Shown piece by piece: positions 36,233 through 36,567 of a DNA stretch of 36,567 nt (positions are counted from its first letter, which is position 1; every line of letters starts with the position of its first letter). The stretch lies in contig NC_068986.1 in the NCBI RefSeq assembly GCF_001194135.2, positions 57,215,885-57,252,451 of the forward strand, in the 5' to 3' direction. The position numbers were made by a program, and so were the translations under genes. The notes beneath the pieces were generated by a model. That model had not been told where the DNA came from. It ran no database searches and worked only from the letters and a program-made list of their open reading frames with translations. The stretch comes from Octopus bimaculoides (Eukaryota).

Positions 36233-36490
36233 GGCACAGGAGTGGCTGGGTGGTAAGTTGCTTGCTTACCAACCACATGGTTCCGGGTTCAGTCTTACTG
36301 CGTGGCAATTTGGGCAAGTCTCTTCTACTATAGCCGCGGGCCGACCAAAGCCATGTGAGTGGATTTGGTAGACGGAAACTGAAAGAAGCCCGTCATATAT
36401 ATATATATATATATATTTGCTCGACTAAAGGCGGTCCTCCATCATGACCACAGTCAAATGACTGAAACAAGTAAAAGAATAAAAAAAATA
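36233..36490 (+). mobile_element. SINE family A with internal deletion
   Basis: Head through gaaagaagcccgtc, then (TA)n joined directly to atttgctcgactaaaggcgg...caaatgactgaaacaagtaaaaga. Confidence 0.88.
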
Positions 36491-36567
36491 AATGTATGTA
36501 AATACAAGAACGGGAATTTTCATCAGTATCGAAGAGAGCTACATCTGTGATAACAAGCAATTGGAAT

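Overview
AT-rich, microsatellite-dense eukaryotic scaffold with eight N-gaps (5784-6325, 8814-9049, 12526-12535, 16624-17273, 18431-18633, 23078-23087, 25798-25807, 32418-32482). The repeat families and simple-repeat density suggest a cephalopod (octopus-like) genome; this is inferred from recognition, not a database search. No host gene can be called confidently and no intact long ORF exists. The window is a transposon graveyard: two mariner elements, a Tc1, a Tc1/mariner-type MITE, a near full-length RTE LINE plus a second RTE 3' end, three R4/Dong-clade (restriction-like endonuclease) LINE pieces, a CR1-like 3' end, a Penelope-like element (PLE) fragment and about ten tRNA-derived SINE copies of at least three families. 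The most interesting locus is 1.9-3.5 kb: a PLE reverse-transcriptase fragment sits between two inverted copies of a unit that joins a tRNA-like Pol III promoter, an (AAT)n tract and a minimal type I hammerhead ribozyme. A few phase-compatible candidate exons are reported at low confidence only.
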